Shown: piece after piece, positions 1-12,600 of the stretch
Numbering within the stretch: the first letter of the stretch is position 1
Layout of the letters: each line of letters starts with the position of its first letter
From: Tubulanus polymorphus
Lineage: Eukaryota; Animalia; Nemertea
DNA length: 64,000 nt
Direction: 5' to 3'
Assembly: GCF_964204645.1 (NCBI RefSeq)
Contig: NC_134031.1
Location: 9,300,001-9,364,000, forward strand
Notes under the pieces: generated by a model
The model's database searches: none
Seen by the model: the letters and a program-made list of their open reading frames with translations, nothing else
Told to the model about the DNA's origin: nothing
Position numbers and translations under genes: made by a program

Positions 1-805
1 CAAACTTTTATCAATCTGCATAATGATTACCAGCTCCGATAATGCCATTATGAAATTACCCTGTTCCCTAGATTGCACTTATGCATCGCAAATTGAAAGA
101 TGGTTGATACTAAAATTGTTGAATATTGCTATAACTTAACTTCTTGGATTTCAATGCTTTTTTGATTATCTTTGTAGAAGACTGAACCTCCTACTATTCG
201 TAAGAAAATTGTTCTCCATGCTGTAAAAGTTGAGGCAGACGACTATATTGCATTCCTTGCCCAGTGTGTCCGGGTCTGTTGGCGATCAAATCGGTCATTA
301 AATCGCCCACTGTGTCCTCAATTGTTAAGTTTTATGCAGTTTTATTTTTATACACAGATGTTTGAAAGATAACAATCTAAAAAATCTTATATATCTACAA
401 ATGATCACCTTTCTTTTCTTAAATTCCTTCTAGTCAAGCATTCTAAGAAGTGCCACTTTTTATCCTGTCATTCTGTTTTCTAAGAGGACTTTGTTCCCTA
501 TCAGGGGCAATTCATTAAATATGTGTGCATCTAGCAGCTGAAGGAGAGAAATTTGTTAATTGGAGGTTTCATAAAATAACCCAAATCTTCCTATGCACAT
601 GTATTAACCTAAAAACTTCAAAGATGGCGCTCAATGTTGCACTTTTATAATGTGAGAAACAAAATGAATTTGAATTTCGTAAATGTGGTAACAGTCTGCC
701 AGCAACAATTTGCCTCCATTTGTGTAACTTTCGAAGTCTAGCCAGTTTTGTCAAATTTATTACATAAGCTAAACACAATCGAACGTCCTGTTTTAAAGTT
801 TCTTT

Positions 806-2368
806 CTAGTTTGATATTGCTATAGTTAATGACAGCGGGCAATGATCTGAATGTACAGTGAAGTCTTCAACTTTCATACATACAATCTGTTCGATGATAC
901 CTTCACTACAGATAAAATAGTCTACTGTACTGCACCCATTATATTTGAAGCAAGTTGGTTTTCCAAATAAATCTCCCAATACCCGACCATTCAATATTCT
1001 GAGGTTCATTACATATCTCGACTACTAGTCGGTTTGAGCAGTGACTTATTCGGTAAGTCATTCCTGATGTCAGTCATAGCGGCCATGACATCATCACGTA
1101 GGTAACCGATCGATTGATCAATGGAGTTCGCAACGGTCACTATATCCTCGCCCACACTTAGACAGATATCCTGAATCTAAGCATTTCATTGGTTCTGCTT
1201 TACAGAGTTCGCGATAGTACCACTCTGTAGACTCTCAAAGCATTGTATGAGGGTACTCGCGGTATTCGCTAACCCATGTTGCTGGAGACATACGCCTTCC
1301 GTTCGCCTTTGAAGACTCTACATTCTCTAGTAATAGTTGTGACTCTGCAATTAGCGTGCGAATGTTCTCTTGGATGACAAGATTGTCATCAGAGATCTTG
1401 TCCACCGATTGAACCAGGTGGTCCAAAGGTGGAACCATACGTACGACAGAGTTCTCCATGTTCTTAACAATATCCACCAAGGAGCCGCACAGAGGGCATT
1501 CATTGTTGGGCTGTCGCCTCCCTGATTTGGATGTTTCTTTTCTGGCGGTTGGGTTGGTTTTCTGCCGATTACGGTTGTCGGATATACATTTGTTTCAATG
1601 CTTATTTCGACCTCTGTCATCGCTGTGATGGCATCGCTGCCAGTGGTGAGTTCATCTGACCCCATAAGGACGCTCGTCGAGTCTTGAGGTAGAAGCCGGA
1701 AGGAAATCTGCTTTTTCGGCATCGATCTCCTCAGTTGAAATCAGAGGGGTGTCTAATTTTTCTACATCGATCTCCCCGGAATGTGATGCTTGAACAGTTT
1801 CTATCTGCTGGAAATTAGTTATAGTTCCGTTGGGCGCAGCAGTTTTCTCGGCATAACATTCTATCTACTAAGTCGAGTAGAATCGGAAACTCGTTTTCGG
1901 CCCACATGTCAGTACAGTTCCCTTGAACGGTTATCGTGTGGGTTTTTGGATACACGCGTGTATAGTGAAAATGGAATTGTTACCATAACCGTTTGCTGAG
2001 ACATGCACAATCACATCATCGATCACATCATCAACGCTAACGGTGTCCGTTCAGTCACAGATGAACTCCTCGGAATCGCCCAAGTTAATGTAATACCTCT
2101 GGAGCAACGCAAGCAACCAAAGGTACATACGTTCACCGTTCGATTTTAACGCAATCATACGAGCCGCAGGTGTATATAGATCAGAGTTAATTTTCTCAAA
2201 TGGTGCTTTGCTAGCTTTACCTTTCGATTTGCATGGCTTGCTAGGAATAAGTTCCCTATATTTAAACATATCTTCCTTCTCGGCGTCAGAGAGTTCTTTC
2301 TGGTTGCAATCCAGTGTTTTAAGAAGCCGCAACATATTGTTTGGTTTCGACAAACCATTGTCCGCCAT
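806..2368 (-). pseudogene. Decayed non-LTR retrotransposon (ORF1 remnants plus C-terminal part of AP endonuclease), RTEX-like
   Basis: 806-1009 encodes LRILNGRVLGD...STVDYFIC...SDHCPL (AP-endonuclease C-terminal motifs). 1235-2368 are broken same-strand ORFs with a TITVQG..W..EFP.L stretch and coiled-coil character, consistent with ORF1. Confidence 0.6.
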
Positions 2369-2517
2369 GTTGGATTCCTCTGTTCCTCACCACGGACGTA
2401 ATACAGAAACGTTTTGAAAGGGAATGACTCGCTTATTCCGATGCAAAATACCGTATATCCACGCTGTCGTTAGTATTCCATTGATTAATACACTCAGCGT
2501 CTGGATATCTTCCCAGT

Positions 2518-4673
2518 CGGTTCCTGAACTTCGCTGAAAAAGCTGAAACGCTGAAAATAATTCGCTGAAATTTCAGCGTTTTTCGGGAATTCCCGAAAAA
2601 CGCTGAAATCGTGCTAGGAACCGACGATACACGTTTTGAAAATTTTTCCGGGCCCGATGTCTGCTGCTGGGACCTAAACCGTGCTTTAGTCGTTACCGAT
2701 TTTTTCGGGTTATAGAGATACGCCTACAAGGTCGTTGTCTTCGGCTCCCTTCAACATTTTCAACTGGCATCAGACCACAATTAATAGGTTAGTAGCTTGA
2801 AAATGCGTATGGCCGGACCATAGTAGCTAGAGTGAAGAAGAGGTCCCCATAAATGTTGCCATAATTTCGGCAAATGAGATAGTGGTCTGAACTCAACTTT
2901 TGATCGATTGATGGAGGACCTCATTTCCTTGACAAGAAGAGCCGGATTCTTCAGTTGAATCAGGAGGAACAATAATTGTTCAGGACAAACTGTATAACAT
3001 GATACTTGCTAGCCAAAAATTAGTTCAAACTGCAGTTCCAAAAACTACCATCGTGCTTCCCCAAAATGGAAAATAAATAAATAATATTTTACTTTCATTT
3101 GTCTGTGCATCATGATATAAATTGTTGTTATTGTTTTATGTGCATGTATGTACCCTTATGAGCTAACAATGAAGTTTTCACTTCATTTGAATAAATTCTT
3201 AACTACAGTAATTCTAATTCTCAATTGTTTTTATTATTGTTTGGTAATTCCTTGCAACTTCTCATTTCCACGTTTCATACTAAGGTCGTTTCAGGGTCGT
3301 CCCCGGGTAGAGGTCAAAACTTGGTTTACTTTCTCAAGTTGCTGGAGACTACCATCTGCATTCATACCTCGATTTGTCTGGCCTATGAGAGTCGAACAAC
3401 ATTTTCCCATACACAGGCTTGGCTTTAGTGTAGATGAAGGCTAGGCACTGCACATTGTTGATTAACTGGAACTCTAAACTCTCAAAATAAAACGAGTCAA
3501 CAAGAAAGATCCAATAATTGAACGTTTATCTAACTATATTAATTAACAGCTTAAGTTATACGTTATACATTATACACAAAAGAAATCAGTTCTACATTTT
3601 ATCCGAATCAAGCGTTAAAGCCACAGATTCGCTTAGCTTGGGCTTGAATTCTGGTTCCATTGCTTGGTATTCTATTGAAATCCCCTTTGTTACCTCGGAA
3701 TATCGCTTAGCTTTTAAAGACTACAAATTTGGTCCCAGGAAAAAACCAAGGCGGGGTACATCAGCTGTCGACTTATTTTTCTCTGGTTGAATCAAGTTAT
3801 AACTGAAATAGCGTTCGTTTTATTTTATTTTTTAAAATTGTGTCGTTTAGGTATCCCTGCTGCAAATTTCACAGTTGAAGTTCACTGGTGGCATCTGATT
3901 GCATGAAATATAATCACTGCTGCTACAAGAAGTCTTTTCTCGGTATCTGCATGTCCATCTTAGCAAATCAACTTGAATTGGTCCATGATTCCTCCTTTTA
4001 TAGATAGTCTAAAAATAATAATAATTGATGCATCTTTCTAACAGATGCTATGTCATTTCTTTAACAAAACCTGATGATTTTCTCATCACAGCAAATAAAT
4101 AATTTGCAATTGTTAAATCTATTATTCCATGCGCACTATGAATTAAAAAGAAATTAAGTAAGATCCCTTTTGTCCAAAAGCCGCATCATCATTATAACTA
4201 GCTATCAAATTTAACTTACCTCCAGTCTCCAACAGAGAACACCACAGTCGCCCATCGTCATGTGTGACGTGTTGACAAAAGAAAAGTGGTTCTCCTAATC
4301 ATATTTTATATACATTGAAATGTTCAAATACGATTTTTTCGTCTTGTAGAAGTAAACCACATTCTTGGAATATTGGACATAGTGTTTGAAGTTGGCTTGT
4401 GCGGTTGTGATAGGGTAATGATACATACTGTTTATGCATGTCTCTATAACCAAAAATTAGGTAGAGACAAAAGCAAAGGTTCAGGACTCGGCAGCGGTCC
4501 CGGACCGGAAAAAATTCAAAGCGTGTATTGTCGGTTCCTAGCACGATTTCAGCGTTTTTCGGGAATTCCCTGAAATTTCAGCGTTTTTCGAAAATTCCCT
4601 GAAATATCAGCGTTTTCTTTTCGGCATTTCAGCGTTTCAGTGTTTCAGCTTTTTCAGCAAAGTTCAGGAACCG
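2518..4673. mobile_element. Non-autonomous Mutator-like (MULE) DNA transposon
   Basis: TIRs CGGTTCCTGAACTT.. / ..AAGTTCAGGAACCG extending >100 bp with internal GCTGAAA repeats; perfect 9-bp TSD CTTCCCAGT at 2509-2517 and 4674-4682; no transposase ORF seen. Confidence 0.8.
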
Positions 4674-4998
4674 CTTCCCAGTATCGTATTTTATCGGTTA
4701 TTGTTCCACTTATTTACGATGCGATTCTAATACACCGTCAGTCGCCGGAAGTCCGCATGGATTTATATAAAACTTATGAAACGAAACGAAAATTTTTATT
4801 TTTGATGGATTTCCAATGTATTTTTGAAATCTTCGTGTTTTCTATAATAAATAATGAAATAATAAATTCTAGTTAAGAAAAATGTGAATTAGTGTTGATT
4901 TTTTTAATTTGTTTCAATTTCGTCGTTTCGTTTCGTTAGTTTGTGTTGTTGTCCTGGCCTCAGTCCACAGGTGCCAGCACCCTCCACAAATTTTCAAA

Positions 4999-5586
4999 AT
5001 GGCCGCCGTTGAATCGACAGAAATTAACTCTCACTTGACGACCAATTTGCACATGGATTAAGATCGTCAGGTGAGGTGTTATAGGTATCAAACGAACTAC
5101 GAATCTGTCGTGCATCGATTACAACAAAAATTAGACGGATACCTCAAAAGACCAGAAAATGCCAGGCAAATTACTCGTGAGCCAAATTGACTCACGAAGA
5201 TTGCTTACAAAAATGACCTTCCCATTCCTGACTGTGGTTTGTGAAAATATCCGATGGTGAAACTAAACCACAGACAGGTTAATACTGACTAGGGATGCCC
5301 CTGCGTAGATCTCAATTGTTGGTTAAATGCCAATCCTGTTTTTATCAAAATTGACTTCATTTTCCATATCGTTTCAGAATATATGAATCTTAACAGCGCA
5401 TTGGATGATCTGAATACCTGTTTGGACTCGTTAGAAGAGAAAAATGATACGCTATTTGCTGAATTAGAAAATCTTTTGCAGGACAGCCGCACTGCACGTG
5501 AACAACTGGAGAAAAGTCAATCTGCACAGGCTATCAAACAGAAAAATCCTAATATTGAGTACAATGTTGAAAGAAATCTGGAATAA
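4999..5586 (+). CDS. BBLN: Bublin coiled-coil protein (UPF0184/C9orf16) homolog; probable exon 1 at 4999-5070, exon 2 at 5378-5586
   Basis: Exon 2 reads EYMNLNSALDDLNTCLDSLEEKNDTLFAELENLLQDSR, matching recalled human [38 protein letters not shown]. Donor CAG|GTGAG at 5070/5071, acceptor TTTCAG at 5377. The frame from ATG 4999 hits TAA at 5059, so the start is uncertain. Confidence 0.8.
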
Positions 5587-5645
5587 TTAATTTAGATCAT
5601 AATTTTAGTTTAAGACGTGAATTGAATTTGAGGCATTTTGTAGAC

Positions 5646-6257
5646 ATGCCTGAATCATATATATCAAATCTGGGCTCAGTAGATGTACTAACTCAACTGA
5701 AGAAACATTTACTTCTTCTAAAAAAGCTGAATGTTCTTTGGAATGACTCTGTTGTTGGAACGTTGCAGAGTGTAGGTGTAATTGTGAACTTAGGTGAACA
5801 GCTTAATTGCGTCCGAACAATTGATTTTAATTCTTCTCCATTAAATAAGTTCCCGGAATCAAAGGAGGCTATTTTTGGTAAAATTATTGACGCTCTCAAT
5901 GAGCATCTTTCAAATATTTCACAGACTTTGAAGAAATTGGTTGTAGATTTTTGTGCATTTGAAAAACATCATTTGAAACTCATGACATCCATTTCACGGG
6001 CAGGAATCTGTTTGTCTACACTCATGCAGAGAACCGCAACATGGCCATCGATTGTAGACATGATTTCTTGGATTGATGAAGTTGTTGAATTTTATAGAGA
6101 TGATGTATGTAAAAAACAATTTGTTCTGGATAATGTAAATTTTGAAAATTGTACCACATTGACAAACATTGACCATGTTTGGAGGAACAATGTTCAATTT
6201 TTTAATTATGTCGATGAAATTTTGTTAAAATCCGCATTTTTTGTTGATGAATTGTAA
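5646..6257 (+). CDS. C1orf109: C1orf109/AIRIM homolog, intronless, 203 aa
   Basis: NLGEQL, FPESKEAI, PSIVDMISWIDEV..FYR, VDEILLKSAFFVDE align by eye with recalled human NLAEQL, FPDLKERL, PSVADMLEWLQDI..HYR, VQDILLNVSFFLEE. First ATG at 5646. Confidence 0.85.
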   Translation: MPESYISNLGSVDVLTQLKKHLLLLKKLNVLWNDSVVGTLQSVGVIVNLGEQLNCVRTIDFNSSPLNKFPESKEAIFGKIIDALNEHLSNISQTLKKLVVDFCAFEKHHLKLMTSISRAGICLSTLMQRTATWPSIVDMISWIDEVVEFYRDDVCKKQFVLDNVNFENCTTLTNIDHVWRNNVQFFNYVDEILLKSAFFVDEL

Positions 6258-6738
6258 TGAATAATTATGACTGATTGATTCATCGTCCATATACACGTCC
6301 ATTTTGTTTGACTTCTGTTTCAGTAAAGGTATTGATTTATGGCAATGAATTGAAATGTACATATTTTAGTACCCGGTACTAACAGGTTCAGCTAGTGTAT
6401 ACATACAAATACGTGTGAGTAAGTCGAATATGTGGAGTTAAAGGTACATGTGCTTTCCACAAAAAGGGCACTTACACTTGCTTGATGTCTCGTTTCCCTC
6501 ACAGATGACATATCAGAATCAGCATTTCTCAAAATCTGTTTCTTACCGAAGTCCTTGATTCGTGCTATCTTGAATACGTACATTGGATTTTACAAATGAA
6601 CACAGAAAGATATAACAAGAATTGAGGTCTTGGTTATTCGATGACATTAAATCATGTAGTATAGATTTGCTCGGACTAAACTTAATTAGTTAACATTCTA
6701 ACCGTGTGAATCCCTAGTTTTCGGAATTCTGACATTTT

Positions 6739-9333
6739 AGGAATTGTGCGCATATAAACGCCGCTTTTCAAATAAAATTTGGAAGTTAAAGATAATTGCA
6801 GTTTTCTAATACGTGAATTCGAGACTGTGGTAGGTTATCACTATAATTGCTATCACACAATTATCCTTCACGATTAAAAGCGTATATAAAGTATCGGGAA
6901 AGGAAACTAACTCCATCCTTTATATTTCAATTCATATTTCGATACAGAATAGCGAACAGTAGGACCTTCTCATTACGAAATAAAAAACAGATTCTCTCCG
7001 TCACCACATCATCAAAATACTGTTTATGGTAACATCCAATTGGCCAGTACTTTAAACACTGCAAAAACAACTCACTGGGGTTTGTTGGGCCAGTAATCGC
7101 AAGCAAAGATCATGCAGTGAACCGACCTAGGTTACAATATTGTAGCCTCGGTCAGTGCCAACAGCTGAATCACACGTTCTATGCAAACCCGCACTGCTAG
7201 GTAGCAATTCCTCTATCATTCCCTTGACCGAAGCATAACCGTTTTTCTTTTTTCAGCTTTACAATTGGTTCCATGAATTTAATAATTCCATTTCCGAATA
7301 ATAATGTGTTCTGTGTGCCTCAATAGATGGGGCCTGCAAGTATCTTGGCTACAATATCAACAGCAATATGGAAACAAATCATTCGAAGGGCCGCTTCGCG
7401 CAAAATATCGCCATATTTCGTATAGACAGTTCGTTCGATGGTGTTGGGGTTACTGTGGAAAAAATAATCGTGTCATCATTCCATCGTGTGTTGTATCTTG
7501 TATTCGCGCTCACTTTCAGATGAGGCAGATGAGGAGAACTCCAACTACAAAAAAAACTTTCGTCTCCCTATTTTGGACTAATTGAAACGATGTCATTATA
7601 TCAATAAAATACTATTCTACTCCCTATAACAATCGGAATTTGTTGTTCACTTTTGACTCTTTGTAACTCAACACTCTGTCAATGGAAAGGCTTAAAAAAT
7701 TGATACCTTGTTTATCATTTCTATTTCTATCAACCCTGAAAAATACTTCTTCAAATCATGATCAAGCTAACAATAAAAGACCTAGCAGTTTATACTGTAG
7801 AAAGGATTTGATCAAATAATATATCAACAATTACCAGGGCTCGGTTTCATAAAAAAGTTTATCTCAAATTTTTGGTGTAATTGCCATTGGTTACTTCATG
7901 TTTTCAATGAGGACAACAATTCAAAGTTAACCGTTTTAGGCTTAAAACTTTTTTGTGAAACTGGACCCAGGTTTATGAGAAACAAGGTATTATTTCATTT
8001 TAGCCTACAAGGTTTCTTAGGTTGTCCAAAGTAATAACAGTAGCGAGGCTCTGGTTGTAAAGGAGTTTCCTGTATTCGTGTCCATTTCCACCAAGGATGA
8101 AGATGACTAGGATTTAGAATGATATGTTAATAATTATAATTTAATTTCAACAATAAATTACAACGTCACAAAGAGATATACAAAATATGAAATATTCATT
8201 AAAATGAAGCCAACAAAGACTTATAAAGGTTTCTAATCCCCCAGCACACACTGATTCACACAAAAAAATCTCATATACAAATACAGTCATACGCCTTCAT
8301 CAAACATACTCACACGCACACTCATGCGGTCAATTACACTATCATGTACACACTCTTACACTCTGGTAATGGTAATAACACAGATGCAAAGGCTTCAGTG
8401 TCGGTGATACATTTAGTTTGATTTAAGTCACCTGAAAAACAAGAGAATAAGAGCCTGTTATAACTTGGCTTCTTACTAGACATAAAAGACATGTCGAAAG
8501 ATTTGACAGCCCTAGCAATAAACAATTGACAACAGATTTAATTAAGATCGATAGATGGCGCTAGTCGTAGCTCAGCTGTAATTCAAATGTCAAGCCGACA
8601 CACACGACACATCCCGATTATAATCCCTAAATTTCAAGACATAAACATTGCCATCGAAACTTCTAAAAGCAACCAAAATATTAAAAATTGATTTATAGAA
8701 CCTTTTATCGATGTGAGAACATTGAAAAAAATAAGAACGTTGAGAAATTCATGTAATGAAAATTTCCATGCGGCCTACCACGTGGCGCCGGTGTAGGTAA
8801 AATAGTATTATTTAAGCGAATTCCATAGCTGACGATTCTTTGATCAAAAATAACACATATTAGAAAGCGTAGCAATGAGTTGGACATAAAATCTTACCAC
8901 TTGTCTACATCGTCTAATTCTAAACGCCAAATGCGATCTGGACGATCCTCTGATCCTCGCTTTCATCACTTTCGTCATCGTCAGGTTCGTATAAATGCGG
9001 TGGCATTTGACCAGCAATAGCTCCAATCGGTATTTCTTCGTCTTCTCCGTCTTCTAGCTCGAAAGCACCGGTGAAATCCTTCCAGGAATCAGTATTTTCC
9101 GAGTCGGAGTGTGTACTACGGCGTTCTTCGTTATCCGCCATTGTTTTAAAAACAGTTCACCGCGTGGCTAATCAAAGCAAACTTCGTATTATTTTTAAAC
9201 TGCCCCAAATCACAACAATTTGTACAAAAAGTTATTTTTAGCATATGGATATGAAATATAGGTTTATGGTTTATATTGTAATGATAAAACATATAAAAAA
9301 ATCAAGTTTGAAAAAAAACCTGTCACAATTCCT
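6739..9333 (-). mobile_element. Probable decayed Kolobok-type DNA transposon
   Basis: 10-bp TIR AGGAATTGTG (6739) / CACAATTCCT (9324-9333); right end followed by TTAA, but the left flank is TTTT; contains a P2X7-ballast-like (KolX-type) gene remnant. Confidence 0.45.
7310..9141. pseudogene. P2X7 cytoplasmic-domain-like (KolX-type) protein, spliced, broken by an inversion
   Basis: Minus-strand exon 8898-9141 (acidic, PHLYEP...DKW|gtaag); minus-strand exon start 8378-8431 (KCITDTEAFASV); continuation SVCLNRW...YRHISYRQFVRWCWGYCGKNNRVIIPSCVVSCIRAHF on the plus strand from 7310. Confidence 0.7.
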
Positions 9334-9656
9334 TTAAAATAAGTAAATGTAAGTTGATGTAATTCTTTTTATGATATATCGGATAAAGGTCTTGATCATA
9401 ATGCTTTTATGATTCATGTTAGGAGTAGGAATAAACGGTATCATCTATTTATAAAACCAGGATTATAAAATATAGAAACATTAGCGCAAGAGATTAATAG
9501 AAAAGCTAGGACAAAAATGGGTGGATCTGCTGGATTCGGGATTAAATTTTTAAAAAGTGATATTAAAATAAAGTAAGAATAAAGTTAGCTAATGATGAAC
9601 AACATAAATTTATAGAAAGAAAACCATTACCTAAAATTTGAGGAATTATACCAAAT

Positions 9657-12600
9657 CATTGGCTCCTTCAGTCTTTCGACCATGGATAAACAGCGCCGCA
9701 GAGAGTTCAGTTTAAATCCTAGCGTGTCTCTGAGCTCGCCTCAGAGTGGCTTTAGCACAAAAGTCCTGTTCAAAGTTTTTAAGTCCCAGCGTGACTTGAC
9801 GTCTCCACTGTGACCTGTCCGCCGCTGAAGCCTCCCACGTTTCCTCCTTGAAGCGTAGATGTGGGCGGCCTTTTGACCTCTTTCCACTTGCGAGTTCCCC
9901 ATATAGAAGATCCTTGGGGATCCGCCCATGCTGCATTCTGTGTACGTGGCCAAGCCAGCGCAACCGCCTTTGCCGAAGCAGGGAGTACATAGTGCACATA
10001 CCAGTTCTGGACAGTATGTCACTGTTTGTTACTTTGTCTTGCCATTTGATACCTAGGATTCTACGCAGACAGCGCATGTGAAACACCTGTAGTTTGCGTT
10101 CATGGGCGGCATACGTTGTCCACGATTCACTGCCATACAGGAGGGAGCTTATCACGCAAGCTGAATAGACGTTTATTTTCGTTGCAACCGAGAGGTACTT
10201 GTTTGACCACACTCTTTTTGAGAGCATACCAAAGGTTGTGGCAGCTTTCCCGATACGCTTGTTTATTTCGACGTCAAGTTGCAGGGTATCAGAGATCGTT
10301 GATCCAAGATACTGGAAGTGATGAACTATTTCGAGCTCTCTGCCTTCAATCAAGATGCGAGGTGGGGCAACAGTGTGCTGACCCATGACCTGAGTTTTCT
10401 TTATGCTAATGGTGAGGCCAAATAGTGCGCACGCCTCGGAGAACCTGTCCATTAATCTCTGGAGGCCTTCTTGGCTAAGAGACGCCAGAGCAGCATCGTC
10501 AGCGAACAACAGGTCTCTGATGAGAACCCTCCTGACCTTGGACTTGGCACGTAATCGAGAGAGATTGAAAAGACGACCGTCGGATCTTGTATGCAAGTAA
10601 ACCCCATCATCAGAAGACTTGAAAGCATGGTTGAGGAGGACGGAGAAGTAAATCCCAAAAAGGGTTGGGGCAAGTACGCATCCTTGCTTGACTCCACTCT
10701 TGATCTCAAATTCTTTTGATGTGTCTCCACCGAATTGGACAGTACTCAACATGCCTTCGTGGAAGGAGCGCACAATTTCAAGGAGCTTTGGTGGACATCC
10801 AATGAGTGGAAGAATTTTGAAGAGGCCATCTCTGCTCACCAAATCAAATGCTTTGGTCAGGTCTATAAATGCGAGATAGAGCGGTTCGTTTTGCTCTCTG
10901 CATTTCTCTTGGAGCTGTCGCAGTGAGAATATCATATCTGTTGTGGACCTGTTTTTTCTAAACCCGCATTGGGACTCTGGATATATTCTGTTTGCCAGTT
11001 CTTGGAGCCTGGACAGCACAATACGAGCAAATAGTTTTCCAACGATACTCAGAAGTGAGATACCTCTATAGTTGTTGCAGTCCCTGCGGTCACCCTTGTT
11101 TTTGTACAGGGTGACAATATTAGCATCTTTCATATCCTGAGGCACTGCACCTGTCTCCCAGCATTGGAGGAGGAGTTTATGAAGAGGCAGCAACAAACTG
11201 GGTTTACCACTCTTGATCACTTCAGTAGGGATACAGTCTTTCCAAGCAGCTTTGCCAGATGGCAGGTTGTCAATGGCCTTTGAAAGTTCATCGAGAGTGG
11301 GTGGCACATCCAGTTCCGGCATCACCGGGAGTTGCTCTATGGCATCAATAGCAGATTGTTGGACAGTGTTCTTCGTAGAGTAGAGCTCAGAATAGTGTTC
11401 CACCCAACGGTCCATCTGCTTGTCCTTGTCATTGATGATTACGCCATCTCTTGACTTCAGAGGAGCTGTTTTACAGACTCTTGGTCCAATTGCCTTCTTG
11501 ATTCCATCATACATGGATTTGACATTTCCTGTGTCAGCAGCGTGTTGGATTGAAGTGCTGAGTTCAGACCAGTATTGGTTTGCACAGGTTCTAGCTGCAG
11601 TTTGGACTGAGCTTCTAGCCTTTTGGAGTGCACGGAGCGACCCAGGTGAGGGTTTTTCCTTGTATGACTTGAGTGCGGCTCTTTTAGCTTCAATGAGCGG
11701 TTCAAGTGTATCAGCAATTATGGCAAACCAGTCATTATCATTAGAGGCTTTCCTCTTCTTGCCGAATGCGGACAACGCACAGGAGTAGATTGAGCCTTTT
11801 AGATTTTCCCAGTTTGTGGACATGTTTGCGTTCTCCACGTAGCAATTTTTGAAGAGGTCTTGGAATTCCAATGAGCAAGCGGGATTGTTGGCGTTAGCTT
11901 TACATGCATCTATGCGTGATTTCCCTGCTTGCTTTGAGTGGCCAAAGTTTTTTGGCTGCAGTTTCATTTTGCAGCAAACAAGCGAGTGTTCGCTGTCACA
12001 ATCTGCACTGTGAAAAGTTCTTGTAATAAGGACTTTCTTTAACTGTGATCGTCTCGTTAAAATCAGGTCAAGTTGGTGCCACTGTTTACATCTAGGATGT
12101 CTCCAGGAGACTTGATGTTGTGGTTTGGTTCCAAAGAAGGTGTTGGTGATGCATAGGCGATGGTAAGAGCAAAGCTCCAGAAGCCGCTGTCCATTGTCGT
12201 TACACTTTCCGATACCAAAGTGGCCAAGACATGTGGGCCAGGCTAGGTTATCGGCGCCCACACGAGCGTTAAAATCACCCAGAATGACAAGATCTTGTTT
12301 ATCTGGAAATTGCTCAATGAAACCTTCGAGCTGGCTGTAGAAAGCATCTTTAACATCGTCGGTTGCCATGAGTGTTGGTGCGTAGATGCACACAAGATTC
12401 AACGGTCCAAAGTTGGTGTTGACTTATAGAGACATGAGACGTTCAGTGGATGCACTACCTAGCTGGACCTTGTTGAGGAGTGAGTTTCTTACGGCAAAAC
12501 CAACGACATATTCTCTTACTTCTTCCTCCTTTTTTCCTTGCCAGTAGAAGGTGTAGTCTGATTCTCTCAGGCTTCCCGAACCAGCAAGTCTTGTCTCCTG

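Noticed and set aside
7090-7275. Minus-strand stretch resembling a Kolobok transposase C-terminus
   Set aside because: Similarity is weak and the orientation does not fit the reconstructed element.
9741-11788. Many short ORFs overlapping or antisense to the RTE, LINE and viral genes
   Set aside because: Shadow frames of real ORFs with no independent motifs.
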